Positions 47,479 to 58,549 are shown, counted from the first letter of the stretch. The stretch: DNA of 64,000 bases from an uncultured Gammaproteobacteria bacterium (GCA_964523905.1 CAZFYQ010000002.1:2177-66176); one strand, 5' to 3'. A program made the numbers and translations. The notes: a model not told the origin generated them from the letters alone.

Positions 47479-48756
47479 CTAATGACCTGAGGCAGTTGCC
47501 TGTTGCTGGGCTGCTCTTTGTTTTAAGATATCAGCTGCAGAAGATGGGGCAGCAGTATTTCCCTGAATTTGTCCAAAATTAGCAGAACCTGATGCAACTG
47601 GCTGAGGAATTGGGGTTGATGTCGGGATTACCGGAGCAGCTGTTGGCTCAGTGGCCTGAGTGGTTGCCGGAATTGAGGTGGTGGTTTTGGGTGGTTGACC
47701 AATGCCCAAGATAAAGTAAGCTGAAGCTGCTGCTACGATTACTAGCAAACCAATTCCCAGGCCAATTAACCATTTGGGAATAGATTTATGAGCTTCGGTT
47801 GGTACGGTTGGTACTTCAGGATTAGATAGGGGCGTGACTAAAGAGTCATCACCAAAAGCAGCAGGAGATGAGGCGTTACTGTCAGTAGCAGCCGGGGTTT
47901 CGCTTTGGTTAGGAGAAAGTAAATGGGAAAAATCTGTTGGAGCAGTGGGATTAGTGTCAGTATTTACTACTGAATTAGCATCCTGTGTCACCGGAGTATC
48001 CATTGCATAAGGACTGGAGGTTGGTCCGCTGGCAGCAGTTTGATCTATTGATGGAAAAGTGGGTGTAGGTACTGGATTGGCTGGAGGAGTTTGGCTCCAA
48101 GGATTATCTAACGGAGAAGTTGTTGGTGGGGCTGAAACATTATTTAAGGCACTGGTTGGATCAACCGGAGAAGGTGGAGCTGCAGTAGGTTCAGCCGGTG
48201 GCCAGGCAGGTGTAGGAGCCAGGTTACTGACAGGATAATCCATACTAGGAGCGCTTGGTGCAGGAGCTGGTGTTGGTTCAGGCATGGTAGGAGTTGTCAC
48301 TGGTTCTGGTGTAGGGGTTGGCAAAGGTTGCGCAGCAGGGGGCCAGGACGGTGTTGGTGTAGGAAGCGGTGGTAAAACCGGCTCCGGAGTACTAGCTGAG
48401 GGAGCTTGCGGCGTCGACATAGGTGACCAAGGGTTTGAGGCAGTAGCATCTGGCATGTTGGCAGCGGGATTTACTGCCGGAGGCCAACCACTGGGAGCAG
48501 CGCTTGGCCAAGCAGGAGCTGGTTGCGGAGCAGGCATACTTGGTTGGGGCATAGGAGCAGCAAAGCTGGGTTCAGGAGTTGGTGGGGTAAAACTGGGTGG
48601 AGGTGGGTAGCTAGGCGGTGGCGCAAAAGGTGGCGGTGGACTAGCCGGTGGCATATTGCCATTGGGAGAAAGCGGATCTGGTGTCGGTGGAGTGGCTCCA
48701 ACAGGAGAGGCAAAAGGATTAGGATTATTAGGATTTGGATTGTTTGAATTATCCAT
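47479..48756 (-). CDS. Proline-rich, intrinsically disordered single-pass membrane protein
   Basis: About 325 aa of P/S/T/A-rich sequence followed by one TM (WLIGLGIGLLVIVAAASAYF). Confidence 0.8.
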   Translation of the reverse strand: MDNSNNPNPNNPNPFASPVGATPPTPDPLSPNGNMPPASPPPPFAPPPSYPPPPSFTPPTPEPSFAAPMPQPSMPAPQPAPAWPSAAPSGWPPAVNPAANMPDATASNPWSPMSTPQAPSASTPEPVLPPLPTPTPSWPPAAQPLPTPTPEPVTTPTMPEPTPAPAPSAPSMDYPVSNLAPTPAWPPAEPTAAPPSPVDPTSALNNVSAPPTTSPLDNPWSQTPPANPVPTPTFPSIDQTAASGPTSSPYAMDTPVTQDANSVVNTDTNPTAPTDFSHLLSPNQSETPAATDSNASSPAAFGDDSLVTPLSNPEVPTVPTEAHKSIPKWLIGLGIGLLVIVAAASAYFILGIGQPPKTTTSIPATTQATEPTAAPVIPTSTPIPQPVASGSANFGQIQGNTAAPSSAADILKQRAAQQQATASGH

Positions 48757-48847
48757 TTGGGCAGTTTTAAAGTCACTGTAAGTGTATTTAAATTTAGATT
48801 TATTGTCAATATTATCTTTTATATCAATCTGTTAAAATATACAGATT

Positions 48848-51589
48848 ATGCTTGGAATATTTGGAAAACTATTAGATTCTAATGAGCGGGAGATTAATAA
48901 GTATAAGCCTCTAATTTCCCAGATTAATGATTTAGAAAAAAAGGTCTCGAAGCTAACTGACACTCAGCTTAAAGGTAAATTTGCCGAGTTTAAAGCAAAG
49001 TTCGAAAAAGGGGAAACGTTGGATTCAATGTTACCGGAAGTATTTGCTTTGGTTAGGGAGGCGGCGGGGAGGACTTTAAAGCTTCGCCATTTTGATGTGC
49101 AGTTAATTGCCTCAATTACTTTGCACCAGGGTAAAATTGCTGAACAACGTACTGGTGAAGGAAAAACCCTTTCCGCTACTCCAGCCTTGTTTTTAAATGC
49201 CATTGCCGGCAAAGGCGTGCATCTGGTAACAGTTAATGATTATCTGGCTCGTCGTGATTGTGGCTGGATGGGTCCGGTGTTTAATGCACTCGGTGCAACT
49301 GTGGCCACCATTATTCATGATCAGGCCTTTATTTTCGATCCCAAACATAAAGATACTTCACATGATGATAAAAGACTGCAGCATCTTCGTCCAGTGTCTC
49401 GTAAAGAAGCTTATGAGGCTGATATCACATATGGCACTAATAACGAATTTGGTTTTGATTATCTTAGAGATAACATGGCTTTTCGGCTGTCAGATCAATC
49501 TCAAAGAGGCCATTTCTTTGCGGTAGTAGATGAGGTGGACTCAATCTTAATTGATGAGGCCCGGACACCTTTGATTATTTCCCAGCCAGCCCAGGAAGCA
49601 ACTGATAAATATTATCAATTTTCCAAAATTATGGATGGATTGTCCCCGGCTGATTATGTGGTGGATGAAAAACTGCGCACTGCTCATTTAACCGAAGGCG
49701 GGATTTTAAAAATTGAAAAACAGCTAGGTGTGGATAATTTGTATGAAAAGGATTTTTCAACGTTACATCATTTGGAAGAGGCTTTAAAAGCCCGGACTTT
49801 GTTTCAAAAAGATAAAGATTATGTGGTTAAAGATGGGGAAGTGATTATTGTTGATGAATTTACCGGCCGGTTAATGATGGGAAGACGTTATTCCGAAGGT
49901 TTGCATCAGGCTATTGAAGCCAAAGAAGGGGTACCAATTCAACAAGAATCCCAAACGCTAGCGACTATTTCTTTTCAAAATTACTTTAGACTGTATCAAA
50001 AATTAGCCGGTATGACTGGGACTGCGGCCACTGAGGCAGAAGAGTTTAATAAAATTTATAAACTGGAAGTAGTGGTGATTCCCACAAATAATCCAATGGT
50101 CAGAGAGGATCATCCGGATTCAATTTATAAAACAGTAGCCGGAAAATATACTGCCGTGGCTAATTTGGTGGCAGAGCTTCATGAAAAAGGTCAGCCGGTT
50201 TTGGTAGGTACCACATCGATTGATAAAAATGAATTCTTGTCAGATCTTTTAAAACGCAAAGGGATTTCCCATGCTTTGTTAAATGCTAAAAATCATGAAA
50301 AAGAAGCGGAAATTATTTCTAAAGCAGGTGAAAAAGGTGCTGTAACTGTAGCCACTAATATGGCTGGTCGGGGTGTTGATATCGTGATGGGTAAAGGTGC
50401 CAAAGAATTGGGAGGTCTGTATGTGATTGGTACTGAGCGTCATGAATCAAGGCGAATTGATAATCAACTTCGAGGTCGGTCCGGCCGTCAGGGAGACCCA
50501 GGAGCTTCTCGGTTTTTTGTATCTTTGGAAGATGATTTAATGCGGATTTTTGGTGGAGAACAAGTGTCTAAGGTGATGGATTTTTTGAAAATGCCGGAAG
50601 ATACCCCGATTGAACATGGTTTGGTTTCCAAAGCTATTGAAGGCGCGCAGAAAAAAGTGGAGGGGCATAATTTTGATATCAGAAAGCACACTGTGGAATA
50701 CGATGATGTGATGAATCAGCAAAGGCAGATTATTTATGAAATCAGGAAAAAAGTTTTGGAAGTAGCAGAAAGTAAAGAGGAATCTTTAAAACAGGAGCTT
50801 TTGGAAAAAATTGAAAGAGAAATTACCAGTTTAGTATTAATTAATACTGAGGAAGAAACCAATGCGGAAAAAATTATTGAAGAATTTACCACTATTGTAC
50901 CTTTAGATGAACATGGCAAAAAAGATATGGCTTCCCAAATTAAAATTTCTCCGGGAACAGAGGCGATCACGAAATTTTTGATTGATTCCAGTTTGAATTT
51001 TTATAATCAAAGAGAGCAGCATGTAGGACCAGAGGTGGCTAGGCAAATGGAAGTATTTGTTTACTTAAACACCATTGATACTTTATGGATTGAACACTTA
51101 GATACTATGGATGATTTGCGGTCTGGTATTGGTCTGCGGGGATATGCCCAGCGTGATCCGTTAATTGAATATAAGCGTGAAGGTTTTGATTTATTTGAAA
51201 AATTAATGGTGGAAGTGGATTATGAAATAGTTCATCGGATTTATAAAATAGCTGAACAAGGTCAGCAGCCAATGATTGCCGCAGATCCAATCAGATTAGA
51301 CCAGGCAGTGGAAGTCCGTCCCAATGTTGATATTAGTCTTGAACAGGAAACTTCTGATCCTAGAGTATCCCACCTCCCAGGTGAAGTTGAAGAAGTTACA
51401 TCAGTCGGACACCTGGGAGGTGAAAGCGGAGAAACCAAAGTGACTATTGAAAGAGGTGGTCAAGTAATAGCCCAAGAAACCTATGGTTCCACTGGTCAAT
51501 TAAATAATGCTCATGGTAAATTAGGCCGCAATGATCCTTGCTGGTGCGGGTCTGGTAAAAAATATAAAAAGTGCCATTATCCTAATTAA
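48848..51589 (+). CDS. secA: Preprotein translocase subunit SecA
   Basis: TGEGKT, VTVNDYLA, DEVDSILIDEARTPLIIS, QLRGRSGRQGDPG, C-terminal GRNDPC.CGSGKKYKKCH. Confidence 0.98.
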   Translation: MLGIFGKLLDSNEREINKYKPLISQINDLEKKVSKLTDTQLKGKFAEFKAKFEKGETLDSMLPEVFALVREAAGRTLKLRHFDVQLIASITLHQGKIAEQRTGEGKTLSATPALFLNAIAGKGVHLVTVNDYLARRDCGWMGPVFNALGATVATIIHDQAFIFDPKHKDTSHDDKRLQHLRPVSRKEAYEADITYGTNNEFGFDYLRDNMAFRLSDQSQRGHFFAVVDEVDSILIDEARTPLIISQPAQEATDKYYQFSKIMDGLSPADYVVDEKLRTAHLTEGGILKIEKQLGVDNLYEKDFSTLHHLEEALKARTLFQKDKDYVVKDGEVIIVDEFTGRLMMGRRYSEGLHQAIEAKEGVPIQQESQTLATISFQNYFRLYQKLAGMTGTAATEAEEFNKIYKLEVVVIPTNNPMVREDHPDSIYKTVAGKYTAVANLVAELHEKGQPVLVGTTSIDKNEFLSDLLKRKGISHALLNAKNHEKEAEIISKAGEKGAVTVATNMAGRGVDIVMGKGAKELGGLYVIGTERHESRRIDNQLRGRSGRQGDPGASRFFVSLEDDLMRIFGGEQVSKVMDFLKMPEDTPIEHGLVSKAIEGAQKKVEGHNFDIRKHTVEYDDVMNQQRQIIYEIRKKVLEVAESKEESLKQELLEKIEREITSLVLINTEEETNAEKIIEEFTTIVPLDEHGKKDMASQIKISPGTEAITKFLIDSSLNFYNQREQHVGPEVARQMEVFVYLNTIDTLWIEHLDTMDDLRSGIGLRGYAQRDPLIEYKREGFDLFEKLMVEVDYEIVHRIYKIAEQGQQPMIAADPIRLDQAVEVRPNVDISLEQETSDPRVSHLPGEVEEVTSVGHLGGESGETKVTIERGGQVIAQETYGSTGQLNNAHGKLGRNDPCWCGSGKKYKKCHYPN
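51371..51422. repeat. Perfect 13-bp inverted repeat inside the secA C-terminal linker
   Basis: CACCTCCCAGGTG (51371-51383) and CACCTGGGAGGTG (51410-51422). Confidence 0.8.
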
Positions 51590-51634
51590 TCAGTCAGCTT
51601 GGATATCCGCTTCGACTTCATGTAATATTAATCT

Positions 51635-54600
51635 ATGCCCGAAATAGCAGATGTAGCAGTTCTAGATAAAGTGGCAATAAGTTTAGCCCCGCGTGATAAT
51701 GACCCAGCAAAATTTAATGGTGATATCGCTGATGAATTTTCGCAAACAAATATTGAGCCACTAACTCCTATGAAGGGAGCAATTGTGATTCTGGTAAAAG
51801 AAGGGTTTAATCAACCTCAGATAGAACATAATTTCTACAATGAAATGCAGCAGGAAATGGCCTACTTTTCTCGTACCAGAGATTTAGAAATAGGTAGTGA
51901 AAGAACCAATTTTTTGGAACAAAGAATAATTGATCCTTTAATGCCTACCCTTGAGAGCCAAGGGGTTAGTAGACCAAGGATAGTGATTATGAGAAAAGGA
52001 GAAGAACCAGAGGCTTTTGTGATGCCTGATGGAACAATCTTTTTATCCCAATCTTTAATTAATTCACTAGATACTATCGATGAGATTGGCGGTGTGGTAG
52101 CTCATGAATTAGGCCACTTAATTAATAGAACTTTCAATAAAAAAGTTGAAGCTAACCAAGCTAGTAAAATGGGTGTGGGTTGGTTGCATGAGGCAGCTTC
52201 CGACATGGGGGCACAAGCATTGCTAGAAAGGGCAAATTTAAATTCATATGCCTTTGGTGATGCTATAAAAAAAATTGCAAGAGTTTCAAGAGATATTGAA
52301 CACCAAACTGGTTTAATTAGGGCGGTTGAAGTAAATGCAATGCATAGTGCTATTAACTTTAGTACTAGTAATAAAACACCAGAAAAAATTACCGATCATC
52401 ATCAAAGCCTCTATCATGAATTAACCCCAACTAATTTGGAATTATTGAATGTAGCAATTACCACTGGAAATAAGGAAAGATTTTTAGAGGGAATTGCTAA
52501 ACTTCATCCTAAAGACTTGGAAAAAATCTATAAGACTGGTTATTTCAGACAAAGTCACTTAGATAGATCTTTCATAAACGCTTCACTTGCTGAATTAGTT
52601 TCAAAAAGATTACACACAGCAGGATATAGTGATGCTGAAATAGCTGGTTTTCTAATCTATACAGGAGGACTCCTCTCGAAAGTAAATTTTCCTAATTCGG
52701 AGATGGTTTCCCAATTGGGCGATTTTTTTACCAGGGATGACCGAGACATTGTTCATTATAGAATGTATAGAGAAATATTCCAAAATAGATTCTCTTCTGA
52801 TGAGCCAACAGTTCTTACCTACGTCAATTATTTGAAAAGTCAAATGTTCATTGAAGGAACAGAATACCCAGGTAGGATAATGCCTATAACTGAGGAGGTT
52901 TTGCTAGATACTCTTTATAAAGTTACCCATGTTGAATTACCGGCTGATAAGCGTAGTTATAAACATACTATAGAAAGTGTAGTTAAGGATTGTCTATTTG
53001 TTTACATAAAGCAAAAATATGGTGTGATGCAAGATACCGTTAATATTCCTGTTGCTGAAATTACCCCCTTTTTAGAAAAGGTAAAACAGAAAGATATTCC
53101 AATATTTAATTACTTTAATAAGGAAATAGAAAATCCAGAATTGATTTCTTTATTTAAACAGATTTTACTTCCTCCTGAAGTAAGGTTGAAGGTAGGATTT
53201 CAAGATATTGATGCTTTTTTCGAATTAATTGATGATCCTGAATTTTCTAGAGGAGATTTCGCTAAAAAGTTAACATGGGAAGTGCATCAATTAAATGAGT
53301 ATTTCAACCAAGAAAGCATAACCGATTCTAAAAGAGGTGAATATATTAGTTATATTTTTAACAAAATTGATCAGCTGCAAAATATCAGCGTAGACAGATC
53401 AATACTTGCAACCTTAAGTCCAGATAAAGCGAAAAGCCCTGGAGAACAGGGCAGGGAATATAACGATGCTTTAGTTAGGTTTAACCTTAAAATGATTTAT
53501 GCGGCAAATGTATTTGAAAAAGACGGTGAGGAGTACTACAGGTATCTTAATCAAGCCATGGTCGAATCTAATATTCCCTTTGAAGATTTATCATTTGAGC
53601 AGCTAATTAATATTTCTCAAGGACTACTAGAATCAGAGAGTGACAGATCACCTCACTTTATCAGTTATTTGCAAGAAGGTTCCGGGGGATCCCTTGCATT
53701 TCACCATAAAGCAGAATGGGGGGTTACTGACTTTACCAAATTTTCAGAGTTGCCATTAATTAGAGCAGCCATTAACAAACAAGAGCACTTAAATTTTAGC
53801 AACATAGCAGAATTAAATAACCATGTAATAACTCTTTTAAGAGAAGCTGTAATTGATTCACAAGCAAATACTATTACACTACCATATAAAGGAATGCATT
53901 TCGGATTATATGAAACAAGTATAAAATCCCTTATTTTTGGTAAAGGTATCAGAAAAGAATTTATCAGATTACTGAACCAGGGTGTGCCAGTTGGAGAATA
54001 TGATGAGGTCTATCACTTTTTGTCTCGCCATTTCGCTGATAGTCAGGAAACAAAATCCATTATGAGAGAAATCAGTAAAAGATATTTGCAGTCAGATGCA
54101 TCATTAGAGGAAAAAACAACATATTTACGAGCCAATTTTTCAATGATAGGGCCTGAAGGAATGGTAATGTTGGGAAATCAAATTGATACTATGGCTGATT
54201 ATTTAGCATTTAGAAAAGAAATGGGTGAGCATTTACAAAAATCTTTAAATGGTTCTTTAACAACCTCTCTTATTGCCGCAGCAGATTTTACTACATCTCA
54301 AATACCTGAAAAAGATCAATTATTTAATACATGTTCAGAAGATCCGGAGGAAAGCAAACATGATACAACCAATTTTGCGAACAAATGGTTGCAAACGAAC
54401 TTTAGTTATATGGGGGGCTTTATTGCTTTTGATAATAAAACAAAAACAATAGTAGTTGATGAAAGGGAGAGGGGAGCTTTTAGATCTTTCGCGGATATAA
54501 TTTCCTCATTAAAAGATTTAACTAATATCCAAAGAATAGCAGTGGCTTTAAAAGCTTTAGTAGATCAGGATGGAGCTCTAGCTAATTCCGATAATAAAGA

Positions 54601-56305
54601 AATATTGGCAAAGAGGGTAATTAGTTCCCTAGATGTTAATGATAATTTTATTCACGCTGTTTTAAAAACCGCTATCACCCTTGAGGATCCGGAGCAAGGT
54701 GTTGGATATGAAGATATTATTGCTTTTCCTGTAGCTAGAATGATTGCCCCGCTTTTATTTAATTCCTTAGATGTTAATTCATTAGACTTTTCGGACATAT
54801 CTACCCCCCAACCCAATTGGCATGTAGATAAAAGTAAATTACCAGATGAAGCTGATTTACCTAGAATTTTAACTGCGGATACAAGGGCGCTACTATTTTT
54901 CGGTAGGAGATTTATTGATGATCCTAATTCCTTGTTGGCGAGATTAGCAGGTGAAAGCAACGATGAGTATTATGAATCATTGAGATTGTTAAGAGAAAAT
55001 TTTCCTCAGTTAATTACAACCAAAATTGAGGAAGGATCAGGTTCAGAATTAGCTCCGGCTACCGAGGCGGTTATCAAAGGTATTGAGACAACGGCATTAG
55101 GTATTAGAACCTTACAACTAGCTAGGCAGCTATACGATTTTCCACCTGCGATTGATAGAAGATTATCAAATTTACTTGATGCTAACCCGGGTATAGAAAA
55201 GATTTTACTTTGGGAAAATTTAGTAAAGTTATCAGGAGAAAAGCCAGAAGTAAAAGATTATTTGGAGGGAGTGGTTGAAATAAAACAAAAATTAGGCGGA
55301 GGAAGCTTGTATACGGTTTTTGAAGCCTTAGTTAATGATGGTCAGGGTGGATATAAAAGAACAGTTATAAAATATCTAAATCCTAATGCCATTAGTTTAA
55401 TTAAAAAAGCTTATGCATTAGGTCATGATACTTTGGAACAAGTCAAAGAAGATACAACTTCTCCAGAATTTACTGATCGTGTGAGACAAAGAAGATTTGC
55501 TGATCTGGGTTTACTTTTGCTTGATTTATCACAAGCATGGTGCATTAAGGACATTTCAGACAAAACATTTTTGGAGGATGATAGAAATTTCAGACAGACT
55601 ATTAATGAATTTAATCAAAAACTAGGAAGTAATGTTTTCTTTGCACCTGAAATTGATTTTAATTCCACTGACCTTAAATCAGAATCATTATCCGAAGACC
55701 CAACTCTTAATAAAGTTTTAAATGATGACAGCATAGAACCTGCGATTAAGAAACAAGCAATTGAATATATCACCAGGTTTTATGCTTACCAGATGAGGAA
55801 TCAAGCCATTAAAGATGCCGATGGTAAGAGACACTATTTGCTGCATTCAGATCCTCATCCAGGAAACTTTACTGTAAAAATAGAAGATGGACAGATCATT
55901 CGTATAGGCATTCTGGATCGAAACATGTATCTTAATTTATCAGATGCGCAAATAGCAGCAGTTGCTCCTTTAGTTAAAGAACAAGGCAATTTTGGATTTG
56001 TGGTAACTTTTGTTAATCAAATATTAGAACTTGATAAAGAAAGAAATCCAGACAGGAAAGTAACCCTAATGGAAAAACTTAAATTTGGTAATAAATTTGT
56101 CCGCGAGTTGGCTAGACAATATGGACCGAAAGCTTTAGCAACTGGTGGAGTAGACAGCATGGTGCTTTTACGAAGCTTATTTGAATCATTTATTGCTGAG
56201 GGGTTGGCGATTCCTTTAGAATTGCAGCTGGCCATTAAAAATATTCAAGCAATGAAAGAACTCTCAAAGCGTCATGGTTTTAAATTTGAAGATAGTTTTA
56301 AATAG
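51635..56305 (+). CDS. Giant protein: N-terminal M48 metallopeptidase + C-terminal ABC1/UbiB-like atypical kinase
   Basis: AFVMPDG.I.LS..L, GVVAHELGH, E..SD; C-terminal LGGGSL..V, VIKYL.P, HSDPHPGN, ILDRNM. Confidence 0.72.
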   Translation: MPEIADVAVLDKVAISLAPRDNDPAKFNGDIADEFSQTNIEPLTPMKGAIVILVKEGFNQPQIEHNFYNEMQQEMAYFSRTRDLEIGSERTNFLEQRIIDPLMPTLESQGVSRPRIVIMRKGEEPEAFVMPDGTIFLSQSLINSLDTIDEIGGVVAHELGHLINRTFNKKVEANQASKMGVGWLHEAASDMGAQALLERANLNSYAFGDAIKKIARVSRDIEHQTGLIRAVEVNAMHSAINFSTSNKTPEKITDHHQSLYHELTPTNLELLNVAITTGNKERFLEGIAKLHPKDLEKIYKTGYFRQSHLDRSFINASLAELVSKRLHTAGYSDAEIAGFLIYTGGLLSKVNFPNSEMVSQLGDFFTRDDRDIVHYRMYREIFQNRFSSDEPTVLTYVNYLKSQMFIEGTEYPGRIMPITEEVLLDTLYKVTHVELPADKRSYKHTIESVVKDCLFVYIKQKYGVMQDTVNIPVAEITPFLEKVKQKDIPIFNYFNKEIENPELISLFKQILLPPEVRLKVGFQDIDAFFELIDDPEFSRGDFAKKLTWEVHQLNEYFNQESITDSKRGEYISYIFNKIDQLQNISVDRSILATLSPDKAKSPGEQGREYNDALVRFNLKMIYAANVFEKDGEEYYRYLNQAMVESNIPFEDLSFEQLINISQGLLESESDRSPHFISYLQEGSGGSLAFHHKAEWGVTDFTKFSELPLIRAAINKQEHLNFSNIAELNNHVITLLREAVIDSQANTITLPYKGMHFGLYETSIKSLIFGKGIRKEFIRLLNQGVPVGEYDEVYHFLSRHFADSQETKSIMREISKRYLQSDASLEEKTTYLRANFSMIGPEGMVMLGNQIDTMADYLAFRKEMGEHLQKSLNGSLTTSLIAAADFTTSQIPEKDQLFNTCSEDPEESKHDTTNFANKWLQTNFSYMGGFIAFDNKTKTIVVDERERGAFRSFADIISSLKDLTNIQRIAVALKALVDQDGALANSDNKEILAKRVISSLDVNDNFIHAVLKTAITLEDPEQGVGYEDIIAFPVARMIAPLLFNSLDVNSLDFSDISTPQPNWHVDKSKLPDEADLPRILTADTRALLFFGRRFIDDPNSLLARLAGESNDEYYESLRLLRENFPQLITTKIEEGSGSELAPATEAVIKGIETTALGIRTLQLARQLYDFPPAIDRRLSNLLDANPGIEKILLWENLVKLSGEKPEVKDYLEGVVEIKQKLGGGSLYTVFEALVNDGQGGYKRTVIKYLNPNAISLIKKAYALGHDTLEQVKEDTTSPEFTDRVRQRRFADLGLLLLDLSQAWCIKDISDKTFLEDDRNFRQTINEFNQKLGSNVFFAPEIDFNSTDLKSESLSEDPTLNKVLNDDSIEPAIKKQAIEYITRFYAYQMRNQAIKDADGKRHYLLHSDPHPGNFTVKIEDGQIIRIGILDRNMYLNLSDAQIAAVAPLVKEQGNFGFVVTFVNQILELDKERNPDRKVTLMEKLKFGNKFVRELARQYGPKALATGGVDSMVLLRSLFESFIAEGLAIPLELQLAIKNIQAMKELSKRHGFKFEDSFK

Positions 56306-56307
56306 CA

Positions 56308-57108
56308 ATGGTTAAGTATCAAAGTGAGTTAACTCCAGACTGGGTAAAACTTAAATTACCAAAAAGACCCAAAGATGCGAATAAGGGGACTTTTGGGAAG
56401 GTGTTGGTAATTGCGGGATCCAAAAATTATCCAGGAGCTGCATATCTTGCATGTGCCGGCGCATATCGAGTCGGAGCAGGGCTGGTTAGTCTAATTACTT
56501 CCCCTGAGGTAAAAATAATTGTTTCCCGGATGTTACCGGAACTCACCTTTCTAACAAAACCAGATCCAAATTATGATGTTTTATTATTTGGTCCGGGTTT
56601 AGGAGAAAAAGTAAGTCCCAAATTTATTAACAATTTAACTACTGCTGTAATTGATGGTGATGGTTTGCAGTTTTTTGATAAAAGAAAAAAACCGGCTGTT
56701 TTAACACCACATCCAAAAGAAATGTCTGGCATGACTGGAATTAGTGTTGAAGAAATTCAAAAAAATAGAGAAAAAATAGCTAAAGAATTTGCAAAAAAGT
56801 GGAATAAAGTAGTGGTTATAAAAGGAGCAGAAACTGTGATTGCCTCCCCCAGCGGAGAAGTTAAAGTTTCTCCTTTTGTAAATCCCCTACTTGCTACTGC
56901 CGGAACAGGAGATGTTTTAAGTGGAATTATTGCGGGATTAATTGTCCAGGGATTAAATAATTTTGATGCTGCTTGTGTTGGTGTTTATTTACATGGTCTG
57001 GCTGCGGAAATGTTAAAGAAAAAATTTGGGGATCGGGGAATGCTGGCGTCTGATTTATTAGCGCAGTTGCCAAAAGCTACTGTACATATCCAAACATTGA
57101 ATCAGTGA
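56308..57108 (+). CDS. nnrD: ADP-dependent NAD(P)H-hydrate dehydratase
   Basis: KG.FG.VLVIAGS..YPGA, GPGLG, TPH.KE, KG..T, ATAGTGDVL.G. Confidence 0.92.
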   Translation: MVKYQSELTPDWVKLKLPKRPKDANKGTFGKVLVIAGSKNYPGAAYLACAGAYRVGAGLVSLITSPEVKIIVSRMLPELTFLTKPDPNYDVLLFGPGLGEKVSPKFINNLTTAVIDGDGLQFFDKRKKPAVLTPHPKEMSGMTGISVEEIQKNREKIAKEFAKKWNKVVVIKGAETVIASPSGEVKVSPFVNPLLATAGTGDVLSGIIAGLIVQGLNNFDAACVGVYLHGLAAEMLKKKFGDRGMLASDLLAQLPKATVHIQTLNQ

Positions 57109-58549
57109 CATTAGTATCCGGGGTCTGACAGCTTTGATCGATTTTATCTTGGCTTGGAATATGGGCTGGAGGGATTAAACCAATGTGGCCGAATTTTTGC
57201 GTCACTTCTTTTTCGGATAATTCATCAGGAATAACAATGTTATAAACTGGCACATTAATTGTGGGATGGACTAAATGTAATTTGGCCAGCCAAAAGAAAT
57301 ATCTAAAGCCAACATTTTCACCAGGAGCAGTTATATAAGAAACTCCAAAACAAGGAAAGCCTTTGGAAGTTGAATCCTGTTTGATATATTCCACTAATCC
57401 TTTTCTTTCCAAATAACCTTTGTGATATAAATTAACTGTCATCATGTATTCGGCATTTTTAACAGCCACTGTAATTAATAGTAGAGCGACAACAATTTTT
57501 ATTAACTGATTTTTCTGACTTAAATACCCCAAAGCCAAACTAACAAAGGCAATTAAGATTACATTAATATTGGAAAAATAATATTCGGAGATTGGAGAAG
57601 AAGTAACAGAGAAAAATATAATCACTCCCAAAATCCATCCATATAGGGGCCATAAATCTTTTACAGAAATAATTTTGCTTTTGATTAATGAAAAAGGGAT
57701 TAGTAAGATTAAAATTACAAAGAAGATATTATTGGTTACTACAAAACTCTGTGGAGCAAATAGTAGAGAGTTAGTGTTTTGAGTGATCATTGAAAGAACA
57801 TGGATAAATTTGGATATCCCGGTTGGTCCCTCATGTGGTGTGGTGAAATTTTGCACTAAAGCAATGCTTTGTTGGAAATGATGTCTAACTTCAAATAAAA
57901 CTAAAGGTAGTGATGGAATAATAAAGGCAATTAACGATAAACTTAATTGTTTGACAGTTGGAATTTTTTTAGAAACCAGCACGGCAATTGGGATTGCAAT
58001 TAATGTCGGAATTAATGCAATATGGACATGCCAGATCAGCCCTACGAGTAAACCAAGTAATGGGAGGACTTGGTAATTTTTCCGGGAAATCATAATGATG
58101 GCGTAAAAATACCAAACAGCCCAAATAGAAGTAGTAACAGTAGGAACAGACCAACGATCGGCGCCAACAGTTGTTAGTAAGACTGCATATAAAAAAACTC
58201 CAATCAATCCGGTTTCTTTGTTAAATAGCTTTGATAGAACCAGATAATAACTAAGAATAGTAAATAGTCCCAAGATAGTTACCGGAATTAAAGCGCCAAC
58301 AGGGTCCATATTGGTCAGTAGAAAAAAGGGGACCAGTGAGTAATAAAATAGCGGGCCAATAAAAATTCCCGGAGCAGAAGTAAGTTGTCCGATTAATCGA
58401 AAATGATGATTAACTACTATATCTTTGACCATCCAGGAATATAAATCTTGATCATGGGCATAGTCATAGCGCTCTACAATCATGTAAGTTCTAAAAAATA
58501 AACCTACTAGTAAAATTAGTCCAAGCAGTATCAGGTGATAGCGGCGCAT
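57077..58549 (-). CDS. GT-C glycosyltransferase (ArnT/PMT family 39-like)
   Basis: HDQD, LIG..TS..G..GP..YY, PL..FE.RH.F; multi-TM. Confidence 0.75.
   Translation of the reverse strand: MRRYHLILLGLILLVGLFFRTYMIVERYDYAHDQDLYSWMVKDIVVNHHFRLIGQLTSAPGIFIGPLFYYSLVPFFLLTNMDPVGALIPVTILGLFTILSYYLVLSKLFNKETGLIGVFLYAVLLTTVGADRWSVPTVTTSIWAVWYFYAIIMISRKNYQVLPLLGLLVGLIWHVHIALIPTLIAIPIAVLVSKKIPTVKQLSLSLIAFIIPSLPLVLFEVRHHFQQSIALVQNFTTPHEGPTGISKFIHVLSMITQNTNSLLFAPQSFVVTNNIFFVILILLIPFSLIKSKIISVKDLWPLYGWILGVIIFFSVTSSPISEYYFSNINVILIAFVSLALGYLSQKNQLIKIVVALLLITVAVKNAEYMMTVNLYHKGYLERKGLVEYIKQDSTSKGFPCFGVSYITAPGENVGFRYFFWLAKLHLVHPTINVPVYNIVIPDELSEKEVTQKFGHIGLIPPAHIPSQDKIDQSCQTPDTNVTDSMFGYVQ

Noticed and set aside
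47479-48809. GGT/GGA-rich repetitive DNA and overlapping alternative ORFs
   Set aside because: Explained by the Pro-rich protein on the minus strand; there is no repeat-spacer periodicity, so it is not a CRISPR array.
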